Shown here: one piece after another, positions 49,657 to 64,000 of the stretch | How positions within the stretch are numbered: the stretch's first letter is position 1 | How the letters are laid out: the number at the start of each line of letters is the position of its first letter | From: Eledone cirrhosa | Lineage: Eukaryota | DNA: 64,000 nucleotides | Assembly: GCA_964016885.1 (NCBI GenBank) | Contig: OZ024740.1 | Location: 92,876,001-92,940,000 of the forward strand | Reading direction: 5' to 3' | Position numbers and translations under genes: made by a program | Notes under the pieces: model-generated | What the model was told of the DNA's origin: nothing | The model's database searches: none | Seen by the model: only the letters and a program-made list of their open reading frames with translations

Positions 49657-50192
49657 GTCTCTCTCTTGGTTGTCCATCGTAAACGATAATGACATCTTCT
49701 AAATGGCTGTTCCTGTCTGCCGTGGGCGTGAATGATGCTGTAGAGGCCGATCCTTGACGTTCAGGTACGGGTAGAAAGAAGAAACCTGAGCGGGAAAGGT
49801 TTATAGTGGGAGGGCCAGTGCACAGTAACGGCCCCACTCACTCGGCCGCAGAACGCAGAATCCGGTGGCTCAGTTGATTCCTTGGCTGCAGTGGATGGCC
49901 ACGACGTCTGTAGTGCGTTGCCGTGCCCTAGCGCTCCACACCGGTTGCTGTCGCTGCCTTCGTGACCGCTGGGACGAAGTTGTCCTCCTCCACTCACTCC
50001 GCCGGGGTTGGCATCCCCTATCTAACTCAACGGGAGGGGGGTTAGACCCGTCCGGCTACCATCAACCTGGTTCGGCCCGCCAGTCAAGGCGGTTTACTGG
50101 GGTGTGGCCGCTGTCACATGTTACAGCTTCTTGGTCCACATGTGAGAGGGCTAGCATACAGAGGTGCATGCCACTCCCTGATACCCCAGGCA
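49657..50192 (-). mobile_element. Bipartite non-autonomous RTE derivative (5' UTR fused to 3' terminus)
   Basis: Minus-strand 3' part encodes an SRIGLYS remnant and ends ATCGTTTACGATGGACAACCAAGAGAGAG; the GC-rich 5' part (ctctcacatgtggaccaagaagctgt, gcggccacacccc, aaccaggttgatggtagcc) resembles RTE 5' UTRs as I recall them. Confidence 0.6.
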
Positions 50193-50565
50193 TATATACA
50201 CACGCATATATACACATACATACGTACATGTGTATATACATATTTACTCATTTTAGGATGGCCGTTGACTCTTATGAGTTCTTCCGCCCTTTGGCGGAAG
50301 AATTAAGTGTATCTTGAGCTATATACAACCAATAAAACCTTAATCTTTGAGCACAGGTACTTTGCCAATATTTTCAAACTCTGTAGTATCCCAAATTGTT
50401 CGCTGAGGTAGACAGCTCATCTTTTTGTCCCAGTGATGTATGGTTTGAACTTCCCTGTTAATTAATCGTGACATTCTTTATCATTTATCATCCAGACTTA
50501 TTTCACGAAGGTGTTTATGTCATCAGTTTACAATGTCTATAGAAAGAGTATAATATACACATACA

Positions 50566-50703
<138 letters not shown>

Positions 50704-51599
50704 AAGAAATATATATATATATATATATTCATTTTATTATGGTAACCTTATGAGTCTTGTTATTGTTACTCTGGAATATCAGAATATCACCTGTTCAATC
50801 GCAGGATCAATACACTGAAAACTAGTGCAAGTATGCTATTTCGCCATAGTAATTTAGTATTTAAACTATATCGTTTTATGTACTTTATCCTCTCGTCCAT
50901 CAACTAGACTCACGCCCTTCCTCACACACACACACACACACACATACTTGACAACTAAGCAAACATTTTCTTTGGACCTCATATCTTCTTGTTGGAATCC
51001 AATTAATCTTGTGTATCTCTGTTATGTTCTTCCATTATGTTTGCATCAGTAATATGGAGATTCTAAAGGCACAAAAGCAAATGAAAGCGGAAATGTAAGA
51101 ACACCGAACGAAAAATTATATAAGAAATAAAATAAAACAGAATAGTTTAGCAGAAAATATAATTGTACCGCTATCATTGCCGATTCTAATATGGATTTGA
51201 TTTTCCCACTTCATAACCACTGCCTCCACCTAGGGATCTACTAGGAACAATAAAAACTAAACAATCACCTTTTGAATCAGTTAACGTAACGTCATTCAAT
51301 AAACTCTTATTCCGAATATAATCTTCACAGAATTGTATCAAATTGTCAATAATATATCTCAGGCGGAGATATGGGGGTGTCGACACTCAAAATATAGGCG
51401 TCAGAACTGTTTGGCCCATCAGAGAATAACGGCTCTACATTTATACTCTCGTAAATTGCTCGTAGACTATAAACGAAATTGATGTATTTGTTGTTGATGT
51501 TGTAAACACAGGTCAGATCCATGAATAAATATTCCTTTATCGAGAACTCTGGTGACTAATGAGAACTATGGCGACAAAAGGGAAATATATATATATATA

Positions 51600-52140
51600 T
51601 ATTGACTACTGATAAAAAGACAAGTCGGTCAATCGTATCGATGGACTCCGCACAGCCCTGGCGGACAGAATGGAGGAAGGCAAGAGAAACGCACTGGAAG
51701 AGCCATTCCACCTCGCGGGGCTCACATCTTCGGCTGGCCAGCTCAGAGCCAATGGTGGTGAGTAGGGAGGTAGATATAGAGCTGAGGACACCAGAAGTCT
51801 CTACAGCCAAGAGTCCGACCGCAAATACTTCGGAGAGTGACCGATATTTGGAGAGTTTGACCTCCTCAGCACAACATGCAGCAGAACCTGGGTTAGTCGC
51901 AGACTGCACCAGGTTGCAGCTGGAGAAACTGTCGGTGCAAGTGACATTCCTGACGAGGGGTTTGCCACCGAGGAACGGGAAGATGGTCATGCTGTCTGGC
52001 CTTTTGCCGTCCTCTCAGTTCAGCCCCACCGACACGAGATGGGAAGGGAAGCCTGCAGCGTCAAAGCAATGCTTTATGACCTCGTTGACAGCAGCATGGC
52101 GTGGAAGGCGGCCGGCATGTAGCGACAGGAAAGAGGGTGG
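51600..52140 (-). mobile_element. CRE-like non-LTR retrotransposon 3' fragment (REL endonuclease)
   Basis: RHAAVNEVI...DGKRPD.MTIFPF..GKPLV.NVTCTD...AEEVKLSKY...AVETSG...LFQCVSLA across ORFs 52015-52203 and 51556-51990. Confidence 0.8.
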
Positions 52141-52242
52141 AGGCCGAAAGAGTCCACTTTCGAAACACAGCGGCATTGTTGTTGCTCGCATATCAGTTGA
52201 CATTGTGAAGTGTGTAGCGTATGTGAAAAGATATGTGTGTGT

Positions 52243-52293
<51 letters not shown>

Positions 52294-52751
52294 TGTGTGT
52301 GTATGTGTGTGTGTGTGTGTATGTGTGTGTGTGTGTGTGTGTTTGTGTGTGTGCGTGTGTGTGTTCGTGTTTGTACTTATAGGTTTCCTTGTACTTGTGT
52401 GTGTGTTTTCTTAAATGCGTGTTTGATCCCTTATGAGTATCTAAATATAGGTACTTGAATAAATCTGCTCTTCTTACTAGATGAGATCCCAGATTCCCTG
52501 CGTATATATTGTGTTTATTTGGGGGTAGTTTGCTTGTTTGTGGCTCTTGACGTTACGTTCATTTTGCTTTGCATTGTCATCCAATTTACTCTCTTTTTGC
52601 TGGTTTATGTTCTATATATATAAATAATTACAACAGTGACATAGTTAGGTACTCAAGTTTCGTTGGGTTCTGGGCCCCAATTTCTTCAGCCTGTCTATGT
52701 CACTGTTGGATTGAGTGCTCTTACTCTTCGATATTTCCAATTAACTATATG

Positions 52752-52789
<38 letters not shown>

Positions 52790-52791
<2 letters not shown>

Positions 52792-55675
52792 TTTCTGAAT
52801 TTGTTTAGGAAGAAGCTTTATCTGAAATCGTGGTTGAAACCGATATTGTTATACTTTGGGTGGGTCATGTTGCCAATAAGTAACACACGAACCAGTTGCC
52901 TTCAGTTCAATTTATTATAAATTAAATTTATAAATTTAGGAATTTATAAATTTCCGATTGGTTGGTTGGTTCCACGACCAGAGTATTGTTCATATATTGT
53001 CAAAGTTCTTTCGTCACACATTCTGTGGCAGGTCGATGAACACACAGAAACACAATTTAGTATAGCTAGATCTAAACTTATAAATATTGTAGAACAGTAT
53101 AGCAAGAAGAAAAATAGAATGGAGGCCCAGCAACTCGGAGAAAAATCTGCAAATGGCTTGCCTAAGCTCATGCAGCGCTCGCGTAATGGAGAGATTGCAT
53201 GCTTTCCAACAGGCAAGTCTGGCAGAATGTTGGTTGACAGTCTGCCAAACTACATCCAGACAATGCAAACCCACATCACTAAAACAAGAGAAGTAACACC
53301 ACAAAAGCATGAGGATAGGGAAAAAGCCCTCAATGCCCATATGATGATGTGGACAAATATAATGCAGCCCAACAAAAGGACTGCCAACATTTCCAGGCCT
53401 GGAACAATGACGTGCCAGCGTTGTATGGGCTTCGAGAATACCATAAGACGAGCAGTGACCCTGTCACAGGACCACCAACGCGGCCAGTCTGTGGAGCTAA
53501 TATTGCTAGTATCTACAGACTTTCCTACTTCCTATACCTGATCATACGTTCCATCATTGAAATGTCCCCAGATATATGTGACAGCACGGAGGACCTCCCC
53601 AGCAGAATCGGTGAGAGTAACCGATCTAGGGACCTAACAACTTGCATAATAGGTAGTATGGATGTTGTGTTCCTGTATCCATCTATTGACGTGGATTTTG
53701 CTGTGGAGAAATGCGTAGAAATCATCAGTGAGAGCAATGTTGAATTCCGTGGGATTGATACCAGTGAGCTGGGACACCAACTTAAACTTACCTATAGTAA
53801 TGATTATCTAGATACATATGGCCTTAGCAACCTGTTCCCTACAAGACCAGCAAGAGGCAGACCACCTACCATTACCTCAATGGCCAAGAAAACCCACACA
53901 GATAAATGGAACGGGTGGACCAGAGCCATACGGATCCCCGAAAACCACGATGAACTAAAGAAAATGATTGCACATGCGGTGGGGGCCAGTTTAAAATTAA
54001 CCCTTAAGGAACATATGTTCAAATTTGATGGAAAAACATATGCCCAAGAGGAGGGAGCAGCCATTGGTGTTAGCATTGCAGGTGACATAGCTAACCTATT
54101 CATGGTATGGTGGGACAATAGACTTAAACTTAAACTTAAATAACAATTAGAAGACAGCAACCCCTTAACCGTGATACTGTACTCCTGCTACGTTGATTAT
54201 ATAAACATCGTAGTAAAAACACCCCCACTAGAGAACAGTCAGGTATTAGAGAAAAACACCATGGAAAGCATCCAGCAAATAGCTAACTCCATCCACCAGA
54301 GTACTAGAGTTACTATAGACTATCCAAGCAAACACCCCAACCATCGATTACCTGTACTAGACACAGAGCTCTGGTTAGATACCATTAATAACAAAAAACT
54401 AATCCTCCATTGCCATTATGCCAAATATCTGATCCACCGAAACTCAGCAGTTTCGGACCATACCAAAATCAACATACTGATTGCGGATTTCGTACGGGTT
54501 ATGAGAAACTTGTCCCGCATAAGCAATCCCAATGAACTAGAGAGACACATACAACACTTCATCCACCGTATGCACATCTCTGGTTACAATCAGAGAGAAA
54601 AAATCAGAGTATATAGAGGAGCCAGAACCAAATGGGAAAAAATAGTAAATAATGATACACATGAGATCTGCCCCTTGTTTAGGAGCAAATTTCGGAATAG
54701 AATAGAAAGAACTAGGAATAAGGTTAATAGAATAAACTCATGGTATGATAGCAATAAATACCAGACTGTAATGTTCATCGATACAACCCCTAGAGGTGAA
54801 TTAGCTTACACATTTAGAAGGGCCCTAGATAAACATAAACTCAATATTAAGATAGTAGAAATACCCCTTAAAAACACTTATTAGCAAAGCATACCCTTTT
54901 CAAAGACCTCCCTGTATAGATAAGAAATGTATAATCTGTAAACTAAGCCCCCATATTAACTGTAACACTAGAAATGTAGTATATAGCATAATATGTACTG
55001 AAGGACAATGTAGAGATAAGAATATAGTGTATATAGGTGAGACAGCTCGTAGTATAGGGGAACGGATAAATGATCACTGGCGAGAGCTTCAAGATTGTAA
55101 AGAATCATCTGTACTCCACCAACATGTTAAAATAGAACATAAGGTTAAATTAGAGAACATAGAAATAAAAATAGAATCTACACTCAGAAAAGACGCAATG
55201 TTTAGACAAATCACAGAGGCAATAAACATAAATTAACTCCAACCCAAATTAAATAGAAAACATGAATGGAACAGGAACATCAAACTTACAATTAAGGATA
55301 ACATGAAATCACACACATAGAACAAACAACCAACCAGTAACATATAAATAAACAAATATAAACACACACAGACACTCGGATGTAACACATGCGCAAACTA
55401 AGCACACAACACACACAAGAACAAGATGGCGTAGGACAGAACAAAGGAGAGGCACAAAAACAAAGAAAATAATCCCCAGTCACTGAAGAGGTCACATAAT
55501 GTATGACGAAAGAAATTTGACAATATATGAACAATCATCTGGTTGTGGAACTAACCAATTAACCGGAAATTTATAAATTCCTAAATTTATAAATTTAATT
55601 TATAGTAAATTAAAGTGAAGCCACTGGTGCGCGTGTTCCTTATTGGCAACATGACCCTCCCAAAGTATTACAATA
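52790..55675 (+). mobile_element. Penelope-like element (RT + GIY-YIG), degenerate, with an inverted pLTR at the 5' end
   Basis: LYGLREYHK, RPVCGA, SMDVVFLYPSID, YAQEEGAAIG..IAGDIANLFM, YVDY, LPVLD, YIGETARSIGERINDH; 52846-53025 is the reverse complement of about 55495-55675; (TA)n flanks. Confidence 0.9.
55479..55521 (+). ncRNA. Minimal type I hammerhead in the PLE pLTR
   Basis: GTCA CTGAAGA G GTCAcataatgtaTGAC GAAA GAAA TT / TGAC; the inverted partial copy (52997-53026) reads TGTGAC GAAAG-AA-CTT TGAC, restoring stem II and III pairs. Confidence 0.65.
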
Positions 55676-55678
55676 TAC

Positions 55679-55818
<140 letters not shown>

Positions 55819-56440
55819 GATACAACCAGTACTGGCATTGATAAATATGCTGGGTCCGTCAACCCTTATTATTATTATCTCCCTACTAGCGGACTATTGA
55901 GAGGAATTTAAACAATATTTCACGTTTTATTGTTTTTGTTTTGATATGCTCTCTTTTTTCCTGCTATTAATTTTATCTCTCACTCTTTTAAGTTGTGAAA
56001 TAGACTGGTTATCTACGCACGCGTCTGACACATTTCAGCTCGCTACTATATTGCTATATAATGTATGATCACATTTAAAAGTCGGTTAAAGGTTCTTAAA
56101 TTGTTAACATCGCGTTCCTCTACCACTGGGGCTTGGAGACATGAACCGAATGCTACCATTCTATTTTATATCAATGTGAACTGCTATTTCTAATGGCCAA
56201 CTTTTAACCCCTTGATGATTTGTGTGTGAGACACGGTGGCTGCGTATTCTGACAGAAACGAAAATATTGATTCTTTTTAGCTTCCCGTCCCCACGTAAAA
56301 TTTGTAAATCAAGGGTTAGTTGAGAGATAGAACCCTGTCGGGTGCTAATAGCTGTATCGTGTCAGTCGTCAGAAACAGTCTTGGCCGGCATTGGTTGGTC
56401 TTAGGATCCCACCGATCGACTGGTTATTGATTAGGCGATA

Positions 56441-56550
56441 CCCGCTGATGAAGACGCATAAGCCGATTGTGCATTGTTGCATAATAAATGGAGACAGATG
56501 GGGCAGTGCACCTTGCTGCTGCATTAGTGCGGTAGAAAATCGGGTCCGGG
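56441..56550 (+). ncRNA. Type I hammerhead-like motif with ~83-nt stem II, partly decayed
   Basis: CCCG CTGATGA ag-ACGCA..GTGCATTG..CAGTGCAC..TGCG-gta GAAA ATCGG GTC / CGGG; about 145 bp upstream of (TA)n. Confidence 0.55.
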
Positions 56551-56692
56551 AACATTAAAGGCACCCGGTTTACGTGTGTTGTGTTGAAGCAAATAACTTT
56601 GTGTTACTCTGGGAATGTATCTCACATTGCCCATGGAGTGCGCTGAGATACAACCGGTTCTAGCATTGATACATATGCTGAGTCCGTGAACC

Positions 56693-56747
<55 letters not shown>

Positions 56748-56749
56748 AC

Positions 56750-56814
<65 letters not shown>

Positions 56815-56904
56815 CATAGTAATAAAAATAAATTTGAAGACTGACATCCAAAGAGGGCTCGATAAGGATAAATATATATCAGATATTTAAGAACCGAAGA
56901 GCAA

Positions 56905-57782
56905 ATATTTATTAAAATAACAGATTAAATTTTAAGCAAATAATCGCTGCTTTCACCCTTAACGGGATCTTCTGAAACTAAAAAAGTCAATCTGTGAACG
57001 CAGAAGTAAATATTTCCAAAAGCATTTCAACCGAAGGCAGACAGGAAGACGATACTTTGGTTCGTGGATACGTTCCCTGGCAATGAACGGAAAAAAACGA
57101 AGATAATACGTTACAATCGTGTGCGGTGATAACAATTACACGCAAAGAATAAAACCACGTTTATGGTATAAATGAAGTTGTAGACTAATATTCTTTTGAT
57201 GGCTCATTGAGACGGTCTCTGGCAATGAACGGAAAAAACGAAGATGATACGTCATTATGTGGAGCGTTGAGTTCAATTACACGTAAATCAAAACCACGTA
57301 AGTGGTATAACAGAAGTCGTAGACTAAAATTCTATTTAGAAAACCGAATGATTCTCGGCTTCAGAGTTAAGAATAAAGTAAATAAAATACAGAGGTAATT
57401 GAAATTAAATATATACACACACGCATCCAATACGTGGTAACACAAGCATACGCGAAAACACTCACCATGGGTATGCAAATACAATGCACGTACACAAAAA
57501 CAAAACAAAGTACACATATACACACACTATACATACGTACGGACCCGCATACTCACACAGACGCAAACTCACGTATGAACATAACCAAATGCACATGTAC
57601 CAGTATATATAATATATACGCCATAACATATACACGCTAATATACGTACGTGAATGTATACGTACCTTCACAAATCATACTTCTGCGTTCACAGATTGAC
57701 TTTTTTAGTTTCAGAAGATCCCGTTAAGGGTGAAAGCAGCGATTCTTTGCTTAAACTTTAATCTGTTATTTTAATAAATATA
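56905..57782. repeat. Inverted-repeat-bounded element (about 100 bp arms) with an internal ~142 bp direct duplication
   Basis: 56905-57005 is the reverse complement of 57680-57782; tggcaatgaacggaaaaaa at about 57078 and 57220; arm sequence also at 39790-39840 and 60850-60895. Confidence 0.8.
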
Positions 57783-57959
57783 CAGTATATATAGTTGGCA
57801 CACATTCTATAGAATATACACAATGCATATCTTGGGTACACAAAATATGTAGGGGGTTATCAGGCAAACTAACATTTAGGGAAAGCTACATATGCAGTAG
57901 ATATTCAGGAACATTTTACAGTAGAAGTCGCAGTGATAGACACATTTTTCAAATCCAGA

Positions 57960-58563
57960 TAGGATTTATAGAGGTGGTTGATAGCTTCCGATACGTAGGT
58001 GGTCAGATTAGCAAGGGAGGAATTAGCTCCGAGGCGATAGTATCAGAGTTGGAAGAAATTTAGGGAGCTGCTTCTTCTGTTAACAAAGAAGGGTTTCTCC
58101 CTAGGAACAAAAAGCCGGTTATATCATGCCTGTGTGAAATGCGCGATGGTGCATGGCAGCAACTGCGGAAGATATTCGACGGCTGGAGAGAAATGAAGCA
58201 AGCATGCTCGATGGATGTGCAACTTAAATATGTGTTAACTACCAAGTATCGACTAGTTGAGAGAGAAACTATCTATAAGAGGGATAATCTGTAGTGTACG
58301 GGAGAAAGGACTGCACTGGTATGGGCATATGATGCGCATAGAGGATGACCGCTGGGTAAAGAAATGACAAAAATTCTTAGTAGAAGGAAGATGCAGTAGG
58401 GGAAGACCACGAAAATCATGGGCGGAAGTGGTGAGAGCTGATCTCAGATCGCTGAAGCTCACGGAGGAGATGACGAAGGAACGTAAAGAATGGAGATATG
58501 CTGTGCTGAAAAGGACCCGTCCCTCCCTTGCAAGCAGGGAAAAGCGGACGTAAGATGATGATC
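57960..58563 (+). mobile_element. RTE-type LINE 3' fragment
   Basis: IEVVDSFRYVG.QIS; LHWYGHMMR...EGRCSRGRPRKSWAEVVRADL...WRYAV; short (GAT)n tail. Confidence 0.75.
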
Positions 58564-59679
58564 TTACATATAACATTGAAGTTGCCTTGAATGTAGGTAA
58601 ATTCATGAAACAAAGGCCCGCCCTTTTATTCCTGGCAGCGCATTGTATTGTTGAGCAAGACAATTTTTTTCAGAGGCTGCCAGCCCACTCAACAAGCAAA
58701 ACTGATTTGTAACTCTAATACAAAATGCAAAACTTGTCGCATTCTGTGTCCCGCAGATAGCCCTGCGAACTATTTCCATGGTTCACGTGACTGGAATACG
58801 CAGCCAATTGAAAGTTTATTTAAGATGGAGTCTATTCTCTTGAATGAATTAGCACTAATACTCTTTGTTGTAAACTTCGGAGTGCCGGTTAGTATCATGT
58901 ACCCTTTTTCCCCCTGTAGAATCAGCAAGCAATGTTGTGTAGATACTTTGATTTTCACTTGTATATCTATCCGTATAGATCAAGTAATTTTCTCCCCGGC
59001 CTTTAATAAATATCTGGGTAAATCTAGAAAAAGTGTTTTATTGATGAAGGCCCTAATATGCTTATCGGTATATACAGACTGACAACACAGTAGAACGAGA
59101 AAGAGACGAAGAGAAAATCGGGGACAAATATGCATGAGTTAGAGAGAGGTTAAAGGAGAATATTGAATTCATACTCGGTACAGATGTAATTTGCTTCCGA
59201 CATAAATTTATTGATGTGCAAAACATTTCGTTCCCCAAAACGATATATTTTCAATGCACGAAATTAATGTTAGTTTCAGAATAATATTTGTCATTAAATG
59301 ACAATTTTCCACTTTCCTGGGGATGCATGCCTTTGTGTATTTTACTAATTGTTGACTAGCACTTATTGCAATAATATTCTATCTGCTATTGATATTTCCC
59401 AATTTCGAGGTAACAAATATACATTTGCTTCTGACAGTACAAATATGTAATATATCTCCTAGCTTGTATTAGAGCACTGGAGCAATCAGGCGTATTGAAT
59501 TTATTTCTTTGGGTTTACACAGGTACGGGACAGAATGCATTTGGTAGTAATAATATGTATATTATATCCTATTTCTCGTTTATAAAATCTTGTTTATTAT
59601 TGCACGTATCTATCATTTAAATATAAGTACAAATTGGAGTATATATATATATGTATCGCTCTCTCTTTCTGTCTGTACG

Positions 59680-59759
<80 letters not shown>

Positions 59760-60671
59760 TATATTAAAATACAAATATTAATAAAATATATGTTCTTTTG
59801 ATCAATTACATTTTATTATACATATTTCGGATTTGCAACACTAGGTCTTCATCAGACAAAATATAATGATAAGATTTAATCAAGGTAGTGATTAACCTAA
59901 GAGAAAATTTATCATTTATACCCTAATAATGAGAAAAAGCGAAAACGTAATAATTTCAATACAGAATGTGAGAGTAAGAAAAAAGTTGCTTAATGTAACA
60001 GCTATAGAGGTTTTAAAATGTATGATACTACAATTTATGTTTATCTAGGAAAACATCTCATGAATTATAACAGTCAGTAAGAGCCACTGGAATAGGATTT
60101 ATAGAGAGGGAAAGATAAGGGGGGTAATATATACAGATGGACATTTTTTCCGAAAGTTAAACGGTTAAGTTTGAAAATATTTAATTTATGCTCTTTTAGG
60201 GTGAAGAAACAAGATTTTAGGTTTTTTTTAAAAATTGCTTGTTATTTATATTTATTAGTTTTGTAAATTCTAAAAGTGTGTTAACATTTCGAAACTTCTG
60301 AATTTTATGAGGATAACAGTTAAAGGATTTAGCTGGCCTGCGAAAAGGAAAGTTTACACTGTTGAATATTTTCCTAAATGTAAACTTTAACGAAGATAAT
60401 CAATATTCGGATGTAAAGCTTATGAAGTACTTATTGTTAGAAATATTTAAATAACGATTATCCATATAGATATATATTAATGAGCCAGTATATTTTAGGT
60501 AAATGATAACGAAAATAAAAATAAAATAATAGATTGATGATCAAAAGAACATCTAATTTACTAATATTTGTATTTTAATATTAATAACTCTGGAAAATTA
60601 TTGTTCGTAGAGTGCTTCCAATCTACTGTAAAACTCATTCTTTGATATACTCATTGAATCTTGTTTAACTC

Positions 60672-60826
<155 letters not shown>

Positions 60827-62997
60827 ATAATAACAAATTTGAAGACTAAAATCGATTCTTTGCTTAAACTTTAATATGTTATCTTAATAAATATATATAT
60901 ATATATATATAAGCAAAGGGATATTTAATTTGTTGGTAATTCAACAAATATGTGTATAACAGATTCGAAGCACTCGACAGTTTGATATTAATAAATGGAA
61001 ACAGTATTTATGAAACCATATTTATTCTATTATGTATATTTCAAGGGTACCAAAACTTTTGTACGCTCTCATCAGATAAAATACAAACTTTATTTTACAA
61101 ATTGCGGCATACCCAGGAATCAGACCTTACCGGTTCAAGTTCCGTTAGGATAGTGAGAGGAAAGAGAAAATCAGAGGAATAAAGGAAAAAAACCAAATAT
61201 TTCAAATTATTTTGTTGAATATGCAAATGAAGTTGAAGCGTAGGGCTGAAAAAATCGTTATTTTTAAACGCTAGGTTTGATTTAAATAATTATTAGGATA
61301 TATATAAGTGGGAAGAAGAAAGAGAATCTTATATTAATATTATAGTTTACGTGAATTTAAAATTTAAATCGTTAACAATTAAAAGTTTGTTGAAATGGTT
61401 TTGAATTCTAACTGCTTCGTTAGAATATCTCTGTCAATTGTGGTGGGAAACTGTCTGTTTAGCAGAATATTTAAGCGGTCTTCTTTCGTGACAGAAAGAA
61501 GAGTCATTCTATTAAATTTGAGCAATCTGTCTTTTTCCTGCAGTGTAAGATGAAACTGCAGCGCAAACCTCGTTGTAAAATGCCCTGCTATCAAAACCAA
61601 AGGAAGAGAGGGTGGAGGTTTGCATATAAACAGTGTCTCTATATATTCAAATCTCATCTGGAATTCGATCGACTTCTGCTCCTTTGTCAATGTATATATG
61701 CTCAAAAGCTTTTCCCGTCACTTCGATGGTGGGAAACGCATACAATTCCGTTTTACAAGTTATTGGGGAATGCAGAGAAAAAATTTATTTATGACAGTTC
61801 AGTTAGCGCGGAAGAGGGTCAAGATATGTTCTGAAATATTGCTTAGCATACATGCTCTGTCTTTGAAGAGCACCTGGCCGTCGACACAAAACAAAGGACA
61901 CATTCGTTGAACTCTCTGAGATCCTTGGTGTATGCGCACAGCTGAGCTTTCTCAACAACGTTCGTCCATCATGTGTTCTTCATTTCTTGACTCTTGAGTT
62001 GGAGTGTAATGCTTACGTGGAAGAATACAGCTTTCATCTTAGGACAAGATAGTTTAACTAAGTGAGCGAGGGAAGTGGATCTCTCCTTCACCAGCAATTC
62101 TTGATATCCGTTCTTGTTTTCATTAAAGGAGTTGGTGTTCTTTGTTTAGGTAAACTCAATCACATGACACTGTGTACTCAGAATTGATGTTTTGATGTTT
62201 TCCCAACGTATTTTCTGATAGGGACTGTGGGGACGTGTGTATATTGAAGGACCAACTGACAGGCTGTCTGTATGTCAGTTTACGGAATAGCTAACTGGAA
62301 ACTACCAGCCTGGCAGTTCTTTGCTGATCTTTCATTCAATTCTTTGGTTTTAAATTGGAGATTGAATTTGAAGTTACTGAGCCGGTCGTATGTGTGATAT
62401 TCCGCACTGACCATCACTGCTGTATGCATCAAGTCTTTTAAGTCACGTTTGTCAGACAAAAATATAGTCAAAAGTTCTCTATTATAACTTTAGTTAGATG
62501 TTTAGTTACTTTGCAACTAAATGTATTTTCCTTGCTGTAGGTTTTGAGTAAAATAATTTTTCTTTAATCCCCCAACCACACTTTTGCTAATAGCGGTCAA
62601 TTTTAACTGATATCACTACAAGCTTTAGTTTGCTGCACTTATTGTATACAGCTTCTAGTGTTAGACATTTTATTTCGTGTCTTTTATGTTTGGAATGGGA
62701 GTTCATCAGCTGATGACGTATTACAACACGCAGTTACGTAATGTCTTCAGATATATAACTAATGTGAAATACAAACATGTAATTGAGAAAATATCGATAA
62801 CCCGAATTTATGATATTGAAATATCGTTACGTGTGCTGCATTTTACTTATAAATGTTTGGTCTGCTCTCTGAGTAATTAGTTTACAAGTTTGTCATTCTA
62901 ACATTTACACATTATACACTCGTTATGTAAGAAAGTAGCAGTCTACGTGGCGTATATTCTCATAGGAATCTCTATAAATGTATATATATATATATAT

Positions 62998-63600
62998 ATT
63001 GTATACAAAGGTGATGTCATCTCAGGCCCTGATAAAGAGAGAAAGACGTATATCGCGATGACCTACAACAATTTTAACACCCGTTGGTACGCACACATCC
63101 ATTCTTTCCGACGCCCGGACAAGTCCAACCAAACAACACTCGCCGCCCATGTCTGGGACCTAAAAAGGATCAAAGGATCTCCATCCCTTTTATGCTCAAA
63201 TTGAAACTAGTCCAGAGAGCGCGGTCTTACACAGGAGACCATAATTGTTGTGACCTTTGTATTTCCGAGAGTTACGAAATACTATTCGCCAAAGGACCCT
63301 TACACAATTGACTCTCAGAACATGCCCGAACTGCATGCACAAAAACTATGCAACTTCCAAGTCATATAGACCAGTTCTTCCCCCTGAACGATGATCCCAT
63401 ATGACAACGGAATCGACATTAAACATTAAACACTACACCGCGCCCCCTCCCTTTTCAACCCTACCTTCGTTTTGTTACCTTTCAAACTTATAACTTATAC
63501 TTTACGTTTCTCTACTTGTATTTTATGTTACTTAATTTTAATTTATATTATTTGATGTTTTTTCATACATTGATTGTTTCCTTAAATTTTCCCCTTTGTG
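62998..63600 (+). mobile_element. Penelope-like GIY-YIG endonuclease fragment and 3' UTR (same type as 30090-33652)
   Basis: VYKG...YIAMTYNNFNTRWYAHIHSF...TTLAAHVWDLK...CCDLCISESYEI; between (TA)n tracts. Confidence 0.75.
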
Positions 63601-63918
63601 TATTTTTATATTTACTTTTATATGTGTTTATAAGTGCATATATATATATATAAATATATATATATATACGCATACATATGTGTATGTGTGTATGTATATA
63701 TGTATGTATGTATGTATATATATGTGTGTATGTGTGTGTGTGGGGGTCTGTAAATGTATGTATGTATATGTATGTGTATGAATATATATATATATATGTA
63801 TATATATATGTATATATATGTATGTGTATGTATATATATACAAGTGCGTGTATATGTATATATACATATAGAGAGAGAGAGATTTTGAATATCTGTTGGT
63901 GCTTGAAGCGCTCATCCC

Positions 63919-64000
<82 letters not shown>

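Noticed and set aside
57708-57748. CAGAAGA-TCCC-GTTAA-GGGT-GAAAGCAGC as a hammerhead
   Set aside because: U4 is replaced and no stem I pairing was found; at most a remnant.
58600-59082. Cys-rich ORF 58648-59082 and the opposite-strand ORF as host exons
   Set aside because: No recognisable domain or coherent acceptor/donor pair.
61379-62471. Coding-like stretch, possibly a decayed transposon ORF
   Set aside because: No diagnostic motif could be identified.

Overview
AT-rich, microsatellite-saturated animal genomic DNA; the SINE and repeat landscape suggest a coleoid cephalopod (inference). No intact protein-coding gene was found, only one candidate 57-nt exon. The window is a mosaic of decayed mobile elements: RTE, CR1/L2, R4/Dong and CRE-like non-LTR retrotransposons, at least five Penelope-like element (PLE) remnants, a tRNA-derived SINE and non-autonomous Helitron-like elements. 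The main signal not visible in the ORF track is a set of about a dozen type I hammerhead ribozyme (HHR) motifs from at least seven sequence families, all folded by eye. One is a ~420-600 bp non-coding, head-to-tail, circularly permuted, (TA)n-anchored repeat with one HHR per monomer (retrozyme-like, 4 loci, stem I variation that preserves pairing). Others have U3-A8 core variants or 60-85 nt stem II domains with a recurrent mismatch at the stem base. Most sit in fold-back (inverted pLTR) structures within (TA)n tracts. Element boundaries are approximate and no activity is demonstrated.
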